NCBI GenBank assembly: GCA_032718475.1
Contig: JAUCBJ010007955.1
Span: 124,001-188,000 of the forward strand
Direction: 5' to 3'
Origin: Nemertoderma westbladi
Lineage: Eukaryota > Animalia > Xenacoelomorpha
DNA length: 64,000 nt
Part shown: positions 13,801-28,800 of the stretch, one piece after another
Layout: every line of letters begins with the position of its first letter
Position numbering within the stretch: position 1 is the first letter of the stretch
The notes under the pieces: generated by a model
What the model saw: the letters and a program-made list of their open reading frames with translations, nothing else
The model's database searches: none
Told to the model about the DNA's origin: nothing
Translations under genes and position numbers: made by a program

Positions 13801-16800
13801 CAATAATAAAGCGAGTGGTTTAGATGAAATCCCAGCGGAGGTATGGAAAACCGGAGTGCTAAACAGACCATTATTGAATGTTTGCAACCGGATGTTAAAA
13901 GGGGAAAAGCCACCACCAATTTGGACTAAAGGTCAACTAAAGCCTCTCCCCAAGAAAGGAGACCTCGGCATACCAACAAACTATCGTGGGATCTGTCTGC
14001 TTGTGGTAGCTGCCAAAATATACAATAAAATGATTATATATAGGATTAGGCCTCACATAGAGAAACTACTGCGTAAGAGCCAAAACGGATTTCGACCAAG
14101 TAGATCAACAATAGCTCAGATTCTTGCACTACGGAGACTGATTGAAGGAATTAAGTCAAAGAATCTCCCCGCAGTCATGACTTTTGTGGACTTCAAGAAG
14201 GCATTCGACTCCATCCATAGAGGTAAAATGCTTGAAATCCTAAGAGCTTATGGAATACCAGAAGTAATTGTTGCTGGCATTGGATTGTTATATTGTGTCA
14301 CAGAAGCGCAGGTACTCTTACCAGATGGTGAAACTGAGTTTTTCTCAATCCTGGCTGGCGTACTGCAAGGTGACACATTAGCACCATTACTATTTGTCTT
14401 TGTGCTGGATTACGCAATGAGGACGGCCACAAAGGGTGAAGATCTGAGATTCACACTTCAAGATCGCAGAAGTAGTCGATATCCGGCAACTACAGTCACA
14501 GACTTTGCGGATGACATCGCCCTGCTCTCTAATACGCTAGCAGATGCACAGCTTCTACTAAATAAAGTGGAAAGGGCTGCTAAGGAGGTTGGATTGCATA
14601 TAAATGCTACCAAGACCGAATTCACGACCTTTAATGTTGATGGAAACTTGACAACCATTGATAATAATCAACTAAGGAAGGTCGATGACTTCCAGTACCT
14701 AGGATGATGGATAGAGAGTAGCAAAAAGGACATAGAAGTTAGGAAAGCAAAGGCTTGGGTAGCTCTATCAAAAATGGATACCATCTGGAAATCAGATCTC
14801 TCCAGGCACCTGAAGACTAAGTTTTTTCGAGCCACAGTGGAAAGAGTAGTTTTATACGGGGGTGAGACCGGACACTGACTAAATCACTTGAATAACGAAT
14901 AGATGGTTGCTACACAAGACTACTAAGGGCAGCTCTAAACATCAGCTGGAAACAACACATAAACGCCGAGCTTTATGGTACAATACCACCTGTATCAACC
15001 ACCCTCCGTGAACGCAGATTAAGATTCAGTGGGCACTGCTGGCGAAGTAAAGACGAGGTCATACCAGATCTACTTCTCTGGCAACCAACTCATGGAAAGC
15101 GTAGTCGTGGACGACCGGCCATAACTATAGATCAACTTGAAAGGGATACTGAACTTGGGAGAAACGAAATTGCGACAAATATGGAGAATCGGGAAGCCTG
15201 GAAGGATCTCATTTCCACTGTCCGAGTTCGCTCGACCTAGTAGTAGTAGTATACTGTTTATATAGTACTGTTTGTACTGTGTATACTGTTTATATAGTAC
15301 TGTTTGTACTGTATATACTGGTTATATAGTACTTTTTGTACTGTGTGTGTATATACTGTTTATATAGTACTGTTTGTACTGTGTATACTGTTTATATAGT
15401 ACTGTTTGTACTGTGTATACTGTTTATATAGTACTGTTTGTACTGTGTATACTGTTTATATAGTACTGTTTGTACTGTGTATACTGTTTATATAGTACAG
15501 TTTGTACTGTGTATACTGTTACTATTTGTTACATTAGTTTATGTCCTACGAAAGAGTGTCATTATTAGCAGATTGTTGTAATAATTACTGTATTAGTAGT
15601 AATTGTGCTAACGTCATTGTGAATTTGATGCTAACAATAACTGCTGCTTCGTTGACTAATACGTTACAATTTTACAGGCCCATAATTTACAATAGATAGT
15701 ATTGATGTCGTAAACTAAAGGATGTTTCAGCAAATATGTTTTTAGCATATTTCCTTGTGTGTGTCAAGGTAAAACACATTCAGTTCAGCATAACTAAGCT
15801 ACACTAAATAGTTTTTTTTATTCACATTTATTTCAATACAACTACTACCTGTATTATATAATGTCCAACCCATAAATTGTGACTTACATTAAGTATATAG
15901 AATGAAAAAAATAACTATAATGACAAAACATACTAAGATATTGAGAATTTGCAAGTGTAAGAGAAAATAATATAACTTTTATGATGTAGGAAAAACCTAA
16001 GCATTCATTGGCATACAATGGTGTTAGGGCGGGGACTTAAAGTTAAGTTTGACAAGTCCCAAAGAAAGTTTTCTCACAAAAACACTATTCCAATCTTTCA
16101 CATAAGGTATTATTACCATTGTCTCTCATTTTAAAATAAATGTTGACCATGAACGAATATCAAAAGAAAAATCTTCACAGAAAAACCGTTAAAAACGTCC
16201 TGGTTGGTGAACCGGTCTGTGACGTTCACCACTACTAACTACACCTAGGCACCTAAAACCTCATGTCAAATTTCGACTATGAATATTATCAATAAAGTTA
16301 ATTAATAAAAACACTTAATTAACATAATTACCATAATTAAAAAACTTAATTGCCAACACCTTCTTAAGGTCAGTAGATCAATAGCACACAGCAAAGCAAA
16401 CGTCGGTGAATAAATTATGCAATTGTTCTTTAGGTATCCTTATGGTCTGTGGCGATGATCAGTTTTGACAGATATGTTTGTGTCTGCCACAGCACTACCT
16501 ACCAGAAATATTTTAATATGAAGGCAATTATTGGAATGTGTATTGTAACCTGGATTCTCCCAATGTCTATTGCAATTCCACCAACTCTCAAGATATGGAG
16601 TGAAAATGTTTATTTTAGCACGTGAGTATTTCGTTTTATGACCTGTATTGAATAGGCCCAGTATATTGCAGGCATTATGCACTATACCATACTGTGGACT
16701 TCACTGCATAACCAAGAATATTCTTATTTATAATTGTGGTTGACAATGTCCGTATGTCCTTAGATCATCATAATGATGATGTGGTGATGGTACAGAATTG

Positions 16801-19800
16801 TGAGCTGATGAATTAGGAGTACTCTCAGAATAACTAGAGGGTAGGGAGCCCAACGGCTCCTCAGCTAATTAGAACATGCTGCATCAAGTTTTGGTCTTTT
16901 TGTTAACTCCAAGAAGACCACAATTTTGACAGTTAACTTTGAAAGTCTTCAGGAAATCTCTGATCGTAAGAGCTCAATATACTCAAAGGATGGTTACTTG
17001 AGCATGTAGACGACTTCTGTTACCTGTAATCATGGATCCAGAAGTTAGAATACTTCGAATATGTAAGGGAAAGGCATGGGCTGCAATAAATAGGCTTTCC
17101 AGGATTTGTAAGTTACACAGAAATTATCAAAAACTTAAGGTCCGATAATTATTTAGAGCAGCAGTAGTTCTAGTACTCCTCTATGGGAGTCCATGCTGGG
17201 CTCTAATCGCTTAGGACACCAAATCTCTGGATGGCACATTAAAAAGAATGCTACGCCGGGTTCATTGTGTCAAGTACATTGCACACATCTCCAACCACCT
17301 ACTATATAACATTGGTCTCGTCTCGTTGGTTCCCCAAAGCTTGACACTAGAACAAAGCCACCTCTGCTTTGCAGGACATTGATTTAGCCGTGAGGAAACA
17401 GCCTGTGCACAATCTTGTGCCTTAAATAAGCATAGTGGACAGCCAATGACTTTTGTGAGACACCTCTTAAAAGACACTGGCCTTGAAGATGCGTATAATC
17501 TCGCGAAAGTCATGGGGGATAGGGAGTTGTGCGGTGCAACTTTGTTGATAAGCCGGCACAGCATTCTTAATGCACATTGCATGGGCTTACAATTGTGGAT
17601 TTCACGGTGGCAAACTACCTTTGTTAAGCCATCATAGCAATACAGAAGGCCGATTATAGATATAATTAAATTGTACTTAAATCTAATTTAATACAATTTT
17701 TTGGGGAGGGGGGGGGGGCTATGTAAGTCTGTTCCGTCGGGTGTGGGGGGGTGGGGGGGTGTGGTGGGGTATTAGGGACCATGGACCACCTCGTAGAGTC
17801 CTTCGTTGTTAATGAGTGAGGGGTCCACGGTCCCCATAATGGAGGCCGCATTGCCGACGAGGAAGGCGATTGCCAGCCTTTGCAGGAGGAAGCGGTGAGA
17901 TCGGGGCTCCTGGGTGACAGAGTGGAGTCTTGCCCCGATCACCTTCAGGAACTCGGATGTTTCAGGCCCGGGGCGGCCCAAGGTCTCGTAGGCTACTGGA
18001 TGGAAGAGGTAGCCCCGGTCCAAGAGTTCCTGGTGCTTGCGGATCTTTAGAGTTTCCGCTTCCTCTGCAGTGCGGCCTCCGGCGGATAGCGTCTGGGCGA
18101 GGTGGCTGGGCGCCAGTGGGTCCGCCACCGTCGCGTCCGACGTGAGGAACCGCCCGCGGCTCCATGGGACCAGGGTGACGCCATCTACTCGCTTCCCGTC
18201 CCCTCTGCACAAGCCTAGTGGCTCAAGCGTAGCACTGAAGGCACAGCTGATGAACGCCCGGCGCACAATGTCGTTCAACATTGAGTGGCGAGGAAGTCTG
18301 CCGAAGCTCCTTGAGCAGGAAAGACCATGGAGGCCATCCGACAGAACATCCTTCTCACCCTGGGCAGAGCTCTGGGGCTCGGTCAGCCTACACCCTAGAC
18401 GAGTGCCGACCGAGATCCGGAACTGCGAGTCCGGGAATGAGAATGATATTACTTTTAATATTATTCCACCAGCAAAGCCAGGTCTCTATTATACCACAGG
18501 GTTGGCGTAGGTACTAAAGTCTAAAGATTCCTTGCCTCTAGGGACACAACAGTGCGAAATTCCGATTTTGAGCGATAACTCGCGAACCACCAATTATTCG
18601 AAAAACTGAATAGATTACGAATCCGCATGTAACCTTAGAAACATTGTTATAAGTATAAAATCATTGTATGTCGCAGTGTCCGAGTGGATACGGCGCCTGA
18701 ACTGCTTATACACAATAGTGTGTGGTGGTGCAGGTTCGAATCCGACTAAAGGCTGTAGAAATTTCGCACTGTTGTGTCCCTAGGCAAGACACTTTAGACA
18801 TTAGTGCCTACGCCAACCCAGCGGTATAATGGGAACCTGGCTTTGCTGGGGTAATGATAATAAAAGCGCTTTGAGTATGCTGAGCGTAGAAAAGCGCTAT
18901 ATAAATAACCAATATTATTATTATTATAAAAAGTAAAAGCCTTCACAAATTAGACAAAGTAGACAGACTTACTTGACTGAATTTCTTGCAGGTTCATGCG
19001 ATGCTACGTATACCTTGGAGGTGACCAACCTGAGAAGTATTTAACACACCAGGTGAAAATGGTTTAATTATTCAATTCAATGTTAATTATATTGACTGAA
19101 AATTTAATATGAATTAAATTACTTAATTAAGATGACCAACCACCCGACGCCGGAGAAGAGCTTAGTACATAATATAGCAGCTACTCTAAAACTACATCTA
19201 TATATGGAATAAAGAAGAGTAAAACACTCATAAAACTGACTAAGTACTTGATAGATTCATTACATTGTAAATTATTTTGTTGATTGCCTCACTTCAAACT
19301 CCATCATACTTTAAATCTCTTCCATTTCTATTGTTACCAGATTACCCCCAAAACGGCGAGGAAAACCAGATATATAACAAGTTAGAAATTTTTATCATTT
19401 TGCGCGAATGAAAAGGAAGATATTATATAAAAAGTATCCCTTTAAATTTGACAATTCTCAAAAAATTTTGCTCTGTACATTGTTGCCTTTCCTAGTTGCA
19501 CAAATTCTTAACTCAGAGGGGCGGTTCAGACGGTTGGGTGCAACCTTCGCCCGCGTCCAACCTTCGCCCGGTTGAAACCTTTTCCCGCAAGCAATCTTCG
19601 CCCACGAGAAACCTTCGCGCAATAAGATTTGTGTTATTAACCAATTTAGTGAAAGGAGCAGGTTACAGAGACGGGTATTTCTAACCAAAACAATAAATTG
19701 TTTAGTGGGCGAAGGTTGCTCGTGGGCGAAGATTACCTGCGGGCAAAGGTTTCCACCGGGCGATAGTTGCTCATTTTGTGGGCGAAGATTGTTCCGGACG

Positions 19801-22800
19801 CAGCTTTCTCGCGGGCGAAGTTTGCTGCGTACCGCTCAGACCCCCCCACCCCCCCCCCCCCCACCCCCCGCCCTAGTTCTAGGGTTAATTTAGGCTAGTA
19901 GTGTAGAAGCCACTTAATATCGATAAGTTATTAAATAATCTATAAATAGAGCATTAAAAGTACATTGATATTTCCATATTAAGAAGTAATATTGGGCTTA
20001 AATTAAGTTAAAATTTTAAATGTTCCCAATAAAAGTTTCCAGACCCTGAGCCAAACTGAATCAGGACACTCCCAGAGTGTACCATATAGATGTGGGATGT
20101 TCCCGGCAGAACGAATAAATTTCGTTTCAGTTTAGTCAGGTTTTATCGACATTAATGTCACTCTACATATAAAAATGATAACTCATAGATCATACCGGTA
20201 CCCACCACCTATATATTCGACATGTCCATTTGTTCGCGCTTTTAGAACTTCCACAATTTTCAACAAACAATTTTAATAATCGCGGAATTCTTCCTTATGT
20301 TTGTCAGACGAATAACATAAAATATAAATCAGACTAGCGCGGCGTATGACCCAAAGGGAGTCTGAAATATATCGGCAGGATAAAATAGGCCGCATGTGGA
20401 TCAGTCAAATGATTCTCGCAATATAATTCCTAGCAGCAATATGGACGTACAGGGATTGTATCAACAGTTCCGTCCGTTTGGAATGTCGTGTTCTAGAGTT
20501 CAAACAGGTCTCTGTCTTACGGCATGTACTCTGTCTTACGGCATGGACATGTAGTTGTAGTAGACATGTACAGAACAACAAGAGTCCCACAAGAAATGAA
20601 AACAAATAAGTTGGTGCCAGTTCCCAAGAAGGGCAACCTAACACTCTATGGTTCTTTTCGGAGAATCTCATTGATCTCGATTGCTGCAAAGCTATATAAT
20701 AGAATTCTATTAAATCACATCAGGGATCCCATTGAGAGACTGCTCCGTGGAAATCAGAATGGGTTCCGTAAAGGTCGTTGACACTTAGAAGGATAATTGA
20801 AGAGTTATTAAAAAAGAAAGACAGGCATCTGGCTGTAATCTTTGTTGACTTCTTCAAGGCCTTTGATTCAGTCTCTAGCTCGCGTATGTTCAGCATACTT
20901 TCATTATATGGAATTCCTGATGAAATTATTGCAGCAATCAGATCAGTATACGATGGTTCGACAACATTTGTGTCTACTGTTGACACAGAACCATTTGAAG
21001 TGTTATGGGGAGTTCTCCAGGGAGACACACTTGCAGCATTCTTGTTCATAATTGTAGTTGGCTATGTTCTACGCATGTCCTTAGATCATCATAATGATGA
21101 TGGGGTGATGATAACTCCACCTACTGGCTCCAGAAGTAGAGGAAATCGTTCCAAGTACCTAACAGATCTAGACTTTGCTGATGACTTAGGAGTACTCTCA
21201 GAATCACTAGAGGGAGCCCAACGGCCCTCAGCTCATTAGAACAAGCTGCTTCTAGTGCTGTTCTTTTTATTAACTCTAAAAATACTAAAATTTTGACAGT
21301 TAACTATGAAAGTCCTCAGCAAGTCTCTGACCGGATGAGCATAAGCTCAAAGGGTGGTATGCTTGAGCATGTGGACGACTTCTGTTACCAAGGAAGTCAG
21401 GTGAGGACCTTCGAATACGTAAGGGAAAGGCATTGGCTTGAATAGGCTTTCCAGGATTTGGAAGTCAAGTAGAATTAATCGGAAACTTAAAGGTCCGATT
21501 ATTAGAACAGAAGTAGTTCCAGTACTCCTCTATGGAAGTCCATGCTGGGCTCTAACTGCTGAGGACACCAAATCTCTGGATGACACATTCACGAGAATGC
21601 TACACTGTGTCAAGTACAATGCACACATCTCCAACCAGACACTATATAACATTGGCGGTGTCTCATTGGTCACCCCAAGCTTGACACTAGAACAAAGCCG
21701 CCTCCGCTTTGCAGGACATTACTTTCGCCGTGAGGAACAGCCAGTGCATAATATTGTGCTTTGGCAGCCTCATGGAGTGAATAAGGGGACAGCCCGATTG
21801 GACAGAGGTGGACAGTCCATGACTTTCTTGAGAAGCGAGAAGCGAGAAGATGCGGATGATATAGCAAATGTCATGGTTGATAGGGAGTTGTGGTGGCGCA
21901 ATTTTGTCGACAAGCCGGCACAGCTTTCTTAAAAATGCAGCTGCAATGCAGCATGCCGATCCTAGTAGTAGTCTTACAGCAATTACAACACAATACTAGT
22001 ATAGATCATAGTCGGCACGCCCTTTAGGGGCATGGTATAATAACTATGGTTGAAATACACTCTGGTACATAAAGTACTGACTTGAGACAATTTAAGGAAT
22101 AATGAAAGTTCCAGCTCACTTGCATTGAGGCTATAAAATAACATACAAATCATATACATCAATAGGTCCGCAATTTCTCCACATATCATAACAAATATTT
22201 ACATAGGTTAACCGGCAAATATAATATAAATTTTCGCGCTTTTAGACCTTTAACAGTTTAACCTGCTAATTTATGTGTCTTATGATGTCTGACAGCCCGT
22301 ACAAAAATATGACCACAGCAGAAGCCAGTCTAGCGCGGCGTATGACCCACCGTGTGTGGGAGACTGAATTCTATGGCCGAGAGATGGGGTAGGCTACTTT
22401 GTATTATTCGATTGATCTCTACTATATAATCTCCAAAAACTATGTTTACTTTCAGGGCAATACCAACAGTTCCTTTAGATGCTGCGCTTTAAATATCAGA
22501 CAGCGTTATGACTTATACTAATGACAACGGATGGGTATGAGATGGCACAATGTTTACATTCTTTAGGAATGTATAATTATTCGCTCACACCCACTTTACT
22601 GACAATCGAACTAAAACACGTTAATTTGCTGACTGTTACCAATTTCACTCATATATAAGGATAAATTTAGCTCATTTACGTTGGGGTTATGAAATAGTAT
22701 AAAATTCATACAGACCACTGTAATTTGAGCCAAGCAATTGTTACTAATGTTCCCTTCTGCTTACCTCAATAATAAAGAAAGTTAGGGGAATCATCGATTA

Positions 22801-25800
22801 TTCATAAGTATTCTCCAAATATAAGCATCCATTAAATAGGTTACCAAACAACAATGAATAACAGTATAAAAACAGTATAAAAACAGTATGAAATATGCGG
22901 TGCCGGCATTCAATCAACAGTCAGATGTTTGCCTTTAGTGCAAATATTACAGTACAAATAAATACAGAGTGAGTACCGAGAGGGTACGAGAGTCAGGATG
23001 TGTTTACAAGAGGTAATTGATTGTGCTTGATAATTCTCTGGCCGCTGATGGTTCTGGGCAGAAGTCAGAAAGAATGATTTTGCCGCACTGCGGCATATTC
23101 ACATGTAAACAAGACCTCAAGAAAATGTAAAGTGAAAATTGTGCTGATTGGCTGCAAAATAACACAGAGGATACGGGACAAAGAGAAATACTGGCCAGAT
23201 GGCTGGTGATTTCGTTACTACAGCTCTGTACCAAAATAAATGCTAGAGGGTGTAAGTTTTATACGTTCTCAAACCCTCGAGATAATGCCAGTTTTAGAGT
23301 AGTTCGCGTATTGCACAAAAATGACACATTTTTGCTGCAAAAGCTTTAACACTGCTCCCAGAAAATGGGACTTAAGTCTATAACATATACCTAGAGTCAC
23401 AGTTTCTAATATATTTACTACCCTAAACAATCAATCCTTCTTTCTAGAATGATATTTACGGAGTTTCTTAAACTTTTGAGTATTATTTTTTTCCCCTATG
23501 CGAGCCACTTTACTAGGAGGGCTATAACTCCTGGGGGAAGGGTGCAATACAATTGCATTGAAAGGATTTGGATTTTGGTCGGTGTATCCACCGGCGAGGT
23601 ACCCGGTTGATCAATATCAGGGGGTTCTCTTCTCTCCTTCGATTGGGCTGCAATATTGATATGTTTATCAGAGGAACCAAGGGATCAAGGGGCACAACCT
23701 TTAAGGCCCGTCTCAGGACATCAGCCTGTACCAGTCCTGTCTTAGTCGTTTGTACGACCACCGTAGGTAGACCATGAGTAGTTAGGAATTTTCGAGGTTT
23801 AACAGTTCTTTCTAATTCCTTTTCTCTCGCCTTGTACTCATAAGGACGATGATGGACTTCTTGTAACTCAGGGTGCGCATTTACAAACATCTCACCGTAT
23901 TCGGGGTCTCTGCTAATAAAGCTAATCAAATTATAAGATTCAATATTACTCGGGTTAATATTTCTTAAATATTTCCAGACGTATTTAGTGGAAATACACT
24001 CACCAATGCGTTTTATTAATTCGTAGCTGGGAATACGAGTTTTTTGCTCGACTTGGGGAAAAAGATGGGGGTAAAATGCATACACTCCCCCATAAGTGCA
24101 TCCTGGATAATACCGATGGTGTGACTCGCAGTGAAGATCTGCGCTGGCTTCCCAAGCTCGTATGTATCGAAGTACAATTAACTTGTCTACACTTTCGATG
24201 TCTTGGCTAAAGGGGCAATCCCAACTACTGTAGCATGTCCTTTTAGTTGACATTAATGACATTGTGTCATAAACTGAGAACAAATAGTAAAGATATGCTT
24301 ATTATTAATGTGGCAATAAGCACAATAAATCTCCATTAAGGGTTGTTCTTTGAAATAATAACAAAGTTTGTCAGAGTCTAATGGAGTAGTGTGATCACGA
24401 GAGGTGCATAATCGGCAGCGCTTCCGAGAAAGATAGTTGGTATGTCTATAATCATAGGCTGTAAGATGTTGGGGGCATTGATACCACTCCAGCATGTGAT
24501 CATCGTCATTGATCCAGTCATTGGAGTGATTGGTTGGATCTCATCTGCCTCCAAACAGATAGGTTCCTCTTCGGGCTGGAGGATTTCCACGGGTGTAGTT
24601 ATTCTTTTCGAAGAATCTATAGTTTGGATATCCATAACGGAATATCCCGAAGTGATTTTGGGTCTCTGTAGAACAGAGGAATGCATATTTTGAATGCAAA
24701 CGTCTCTAAAGATAGCGAATCCGGCACTATCTAGTTTCTCAGTAGCAGAGTCTCGCAGGCTGAGTTTGGTCAGTGCGCGATCTTTAAACTGACTATCAAC
24801 ATTCCGAAACGGAGTCAGAAAGCGCCTGAAACATTCAAACCGATGAATTTGTTATGTTTATCTAACTTGGCGAGCTTAGTTCCCAGGATAAGGGGTTGGG
24901 AACGTATGGTTTGACTGCACACATTGGCTAACCATACAGTAAGTACAGTGTTCTCAAATATGGCATAGATGGCCAACGAAGGATGGAGGGGAACACTCGT
25001 GAGACTATAAACTGCGCCAATTGCGATATGCCTCTCCTCGAGCTGATTGTCTGTCGTCTGTCATCTAGTTCGCCTAAAAACTCTGGTAGAGAATACACGC
25101 GTTCGAGGTCAATGTCCTGATCGATTCGTGGTTTATCACAACATTGTCTTTGTGCATGAGATCGAAATAAAACCATCTCAGTTTATGTGTCTAGATCGTC
25201 TGTATCTCTTAGATCGATAGGGTGTCCCGTAGTTAGGAATTCCATATACGCATCATTTCAATAAACGTAGCGCGAGGTGAATTTTCGATAATCACGAATT
25301 CACACTGGAGTTTTTCTTCGGTCATCAGAGGATGTGTGAGTTTATCAATATATAGAGTTATAATAAGAAGGCCAGTGGATTTCGCTGCCTTAACTCCCAA
25401 CTAACTACCCTCCGGTCAGCCAGAGGTCCTCAGCGCTGGTGTATTGTTGTCGCTGTCCTTTGCCAATGTAGTAGCTACACAACAACAACAACAACAGCGC
25501 GAGTCACTCTAACAATCCGTTTCAAGGGCTCAATATTAGAGGTAATTATTGCAGGTACAGGATGACTTTCACAATTGCGGCTTGCTACTGTAAACACACT
25601 TTAGTAGTATCATTCACCAATGAAAACACAAATCCACATTCGCACTACAAATCATACATTTATGGCCACATTCCCGTTAGTCAGTGCTTTCCAGAATGTC
25701 ACATTGTTATTGTGCATCCTTGGATACTATACGCTGTGTGTTCTATTCAATGAGTCGAGCTTTCTATTCTCTTTTACTGTATTTAATTCTAGCTTGGTTG

Positions 25801-28800
25801 TTGCTAAGGTGACATTTTGCCAAGCTAGCAGTAGAAATAAGTTATTTCTCATGCATACAGATCTGGGATGCTATTTAATAGCGACTCTAGGGTTATTAAT
25901 TTTCCCTTTATATATGATGTTTATTAATTTTGTCGGCTATTTAATTGCACACTAGGAGATTCTCTCACACTGTGGTAATAGGGTGAATCTCCGCTCCCGT
26001 GATCTATTAATTGACTAATTTTAGGGAATTTTTAATAATTGTCTTAAATTGACAATATTATTTAATTCATGAGGGGACTTGAATTTAAAATTTATTCCCG
26101 CGAATTTTATTATTTTAATTAGGATGGGCACCGATTTATTCCAGAACATGTCTGGGGATGTTAACCACTGATTCTAGAAATTTTATCTTTTAAGTATATC
26201 GGTGGGAGCCATGATATCTTAATCGACTAGAATTTCAGATGGTCAAATGTTTTAACAGATTTACTGTTAATTGAACATTTCCTACTATACGTATTATTTT
26301 AGGACAATAGTATGAGAGCAATATTGCAATAAGCAATGTCAGTGAGAAGAGGCAAGTCGTTTCCAAGGTCTACCCAGAGCTTGGTTTGGATGAGACACGA
26401 GAATCTGAACTTTGCATTCCTAATACTCTACTTTTACCAATAATACCTGAAGTACAGTAGAACCAAGGTAGATTTTACTTTAATAAATGACCTATCTTAC
26501 TGTAATCGTGTATTTATAATAATATACGGACAGTAAGGAAAGGAGAAAAAATGAAATTATTTCCCGTCGTTAACTAAAATATATGTATTATAACATTAAT
26601 TACTATGGCATACGTAGGGTATTGCACTAATTTACTGAATAATTGTTAATATAATTATTCTACTAAATAAAATTAAATAAAACGATTATAATAATATAAA
26701 ATTACATAATAAGGCATACATAAATATAAAAATAAAGACAAATAAAGGGTTGTCACACACCCGCTCCCGTAAATAATGAGTTATTGAGTCCATAGATGTT
26801 TATTGGATCTGGGAGGTGGTCGTCGGTAGAGTTTCCTGTTTACCGTAGTTACCGGATCTCGCTCTAACAGACACAGACGACCAATTGGGCGATTGAGTTG
26901 TTGAGTCTCGAAGACTATTCCTTTCTTCTTATGGTTACATCTCATAACTATGAGTTCTACCGATCGCACTAAACCGTCGTCGGATATATGGGTCTCGATG
27001 ATACGACCTATCTGCCACCTCTTGCGGGGAAGATCCGAATCGACTATTAGGACCATGTCTCCGGCGCTGATATTTTCTTGCTGCGCAAACCGTTTAGTTC
27101 TGAGTTGCAGCGTTGGCAGATAGTATTTCTTGAAATGATCAGCGAAACGGCGTGATAAAAACTGCATCAGTTGCCATGTCTGTTTGCAGTATTCGTCCCC
27201 ATCATTAATCTCCGATATGGGAAGCATGGTCACTGGCTTCTTGAGCAGGAAATGCGCGGGTGTTAACGCTTCTAGGGAATCTGGACTCAAGGAGACTGGC
27301 ATAAGCGGTCTTTCGTTCAGGTAGGTGGTGATTTCTTCCATCAGCGTCCGTAGGAGTTCGTCAGTGAGATACGCAAGGCACGGCATGACAAAGTGAAGTG
27401 CGGTCTTAACACTGCATATAAGTCTCTCCCAACTTCCTCCCCACCAAGGAGAGTGTTAAACATCAGTATTGGGACTTCTGATCTTAGAAATAATAACATC
27501 TATTTCAATATTGATTAAACCCAATATATATAGTATATACATATCTTTATATTTATAAATTCAAATTTAATCAGATTTATTAACTTATAGACCTGTTATA
27601 CACCCTTTAGGTCTTTATATATGCTAAGCCTATTGCTTAACTTCAGCGATATAGTAAAGGAAATAATTCCTATAATCTGATATAATCAGCCATAATTGAA
27701 TTATTGGTAATACCAGTACCTACAGTAAGCTTATTATATATTTATATAATTTAGGCTGGACATATATACTGGTACACATTGATTTATATCGGTCTTCTGT
27801 AATACTGTTATATATACTGTACTGTATATAGTGTATACCGGTATTTAATAATTGCTATCTATCCATAATACATAGAGTAGCAATAATTTGTAGCTATAGG
27901 ACTGACAGTTGATACTGGTTAATATTAGACTTACTGTTAACTGTTTTGATAGTAATAGGCACCTAATTACGAGCTTTAAAAATATCTGATCCTAAACCTA
28001 CACTATCAGATAGCATCTTAGAACAAACAGTCTGTGAACCAGATAGCAGTCTAGTAAAGACCCGAGCGAGGTCTAGGACACCCCCCACCATAAGAAAGGC
28101 TATTCCTGAGATAGTTATAACAGAACCTAAGTTAGTAGAACACCATAGGTCCATCATAGGAACTAGGGGGCCCATGTGAAGAATACCAGACTTTCTGCCA
28201 TTTTATTTCACTTTGCAGTTACCCCCATGTGAAGAATACCAGGTTTTCACCAAAACCACAGGTTACAGAAGGGCTGAATCTAACCAAAACAATAAACGAA
28301 TTAGTATATGTACAGGTTATAAGACAGACTAAGCGCTATAAAACACTTAATAAAGATAAATTAAAAAAAATAAAAAATCTTCATATATAAAATTCCAATA
28401 AAAAGTCGACCGAAACGTGAAATCCTGGTATTCTTCACATGGGCGCTAGGGCCCAGGTGAAACGAGATCAGGCGGCTGCAGCAGAACAGAGAAAAGATAG
28501 GCTGTAGCACCTGAAGCCAAAGCAAATAGGGAAAAAAAAGGCTGCAGAAGCGTTAGCCCAAATGGAATTAGAGACTATCCAAGCACGACAAGAGCTACTA
28601 AGGATACAAAGAGAAGCAGCTAAGATGCAACTCAGAAGTCGATCAACTCCTTAAAGACATGGATTTATTACCTCCTCAGATGAAGGTACTACAACAGAAT
28701 CGGAATGTAGGAGTTACAATTCCAATTCGAATGGACATAGACGAACTCCTATAGGATGCAAGTTACCTAACTTGCCCCCCTGGTGAGAAAATAATTGGCT

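Larger units (their letters stand above)
10424..15520. repeat. 32-bp satellite (TACTGTGTATACTGTTTATATAGTACTGTTTG)n, split by four insertions
   Basis: Arrays at ~10424-10670, 11033-11850, 12044-12208, 12939-13175 and 15250-15520. Confidence 0.96.

Noticed and set aside
18670-18750. tRNA gene
   Set aside because: A and B boxes are present but there is no proper acceptor stem, and the sequence runs into a SINE core and LINE-like tail.
23522-25250. env gene in BEL copy 2
   Set aside because: No signal peptide, fusion-protein pattern or TM anchor evident.
25556-25753. Candidate GPCR exon after ttgcag
   Set aside because: Lies inside the BEL element, has no GPCR motif, and the model is complete without it.
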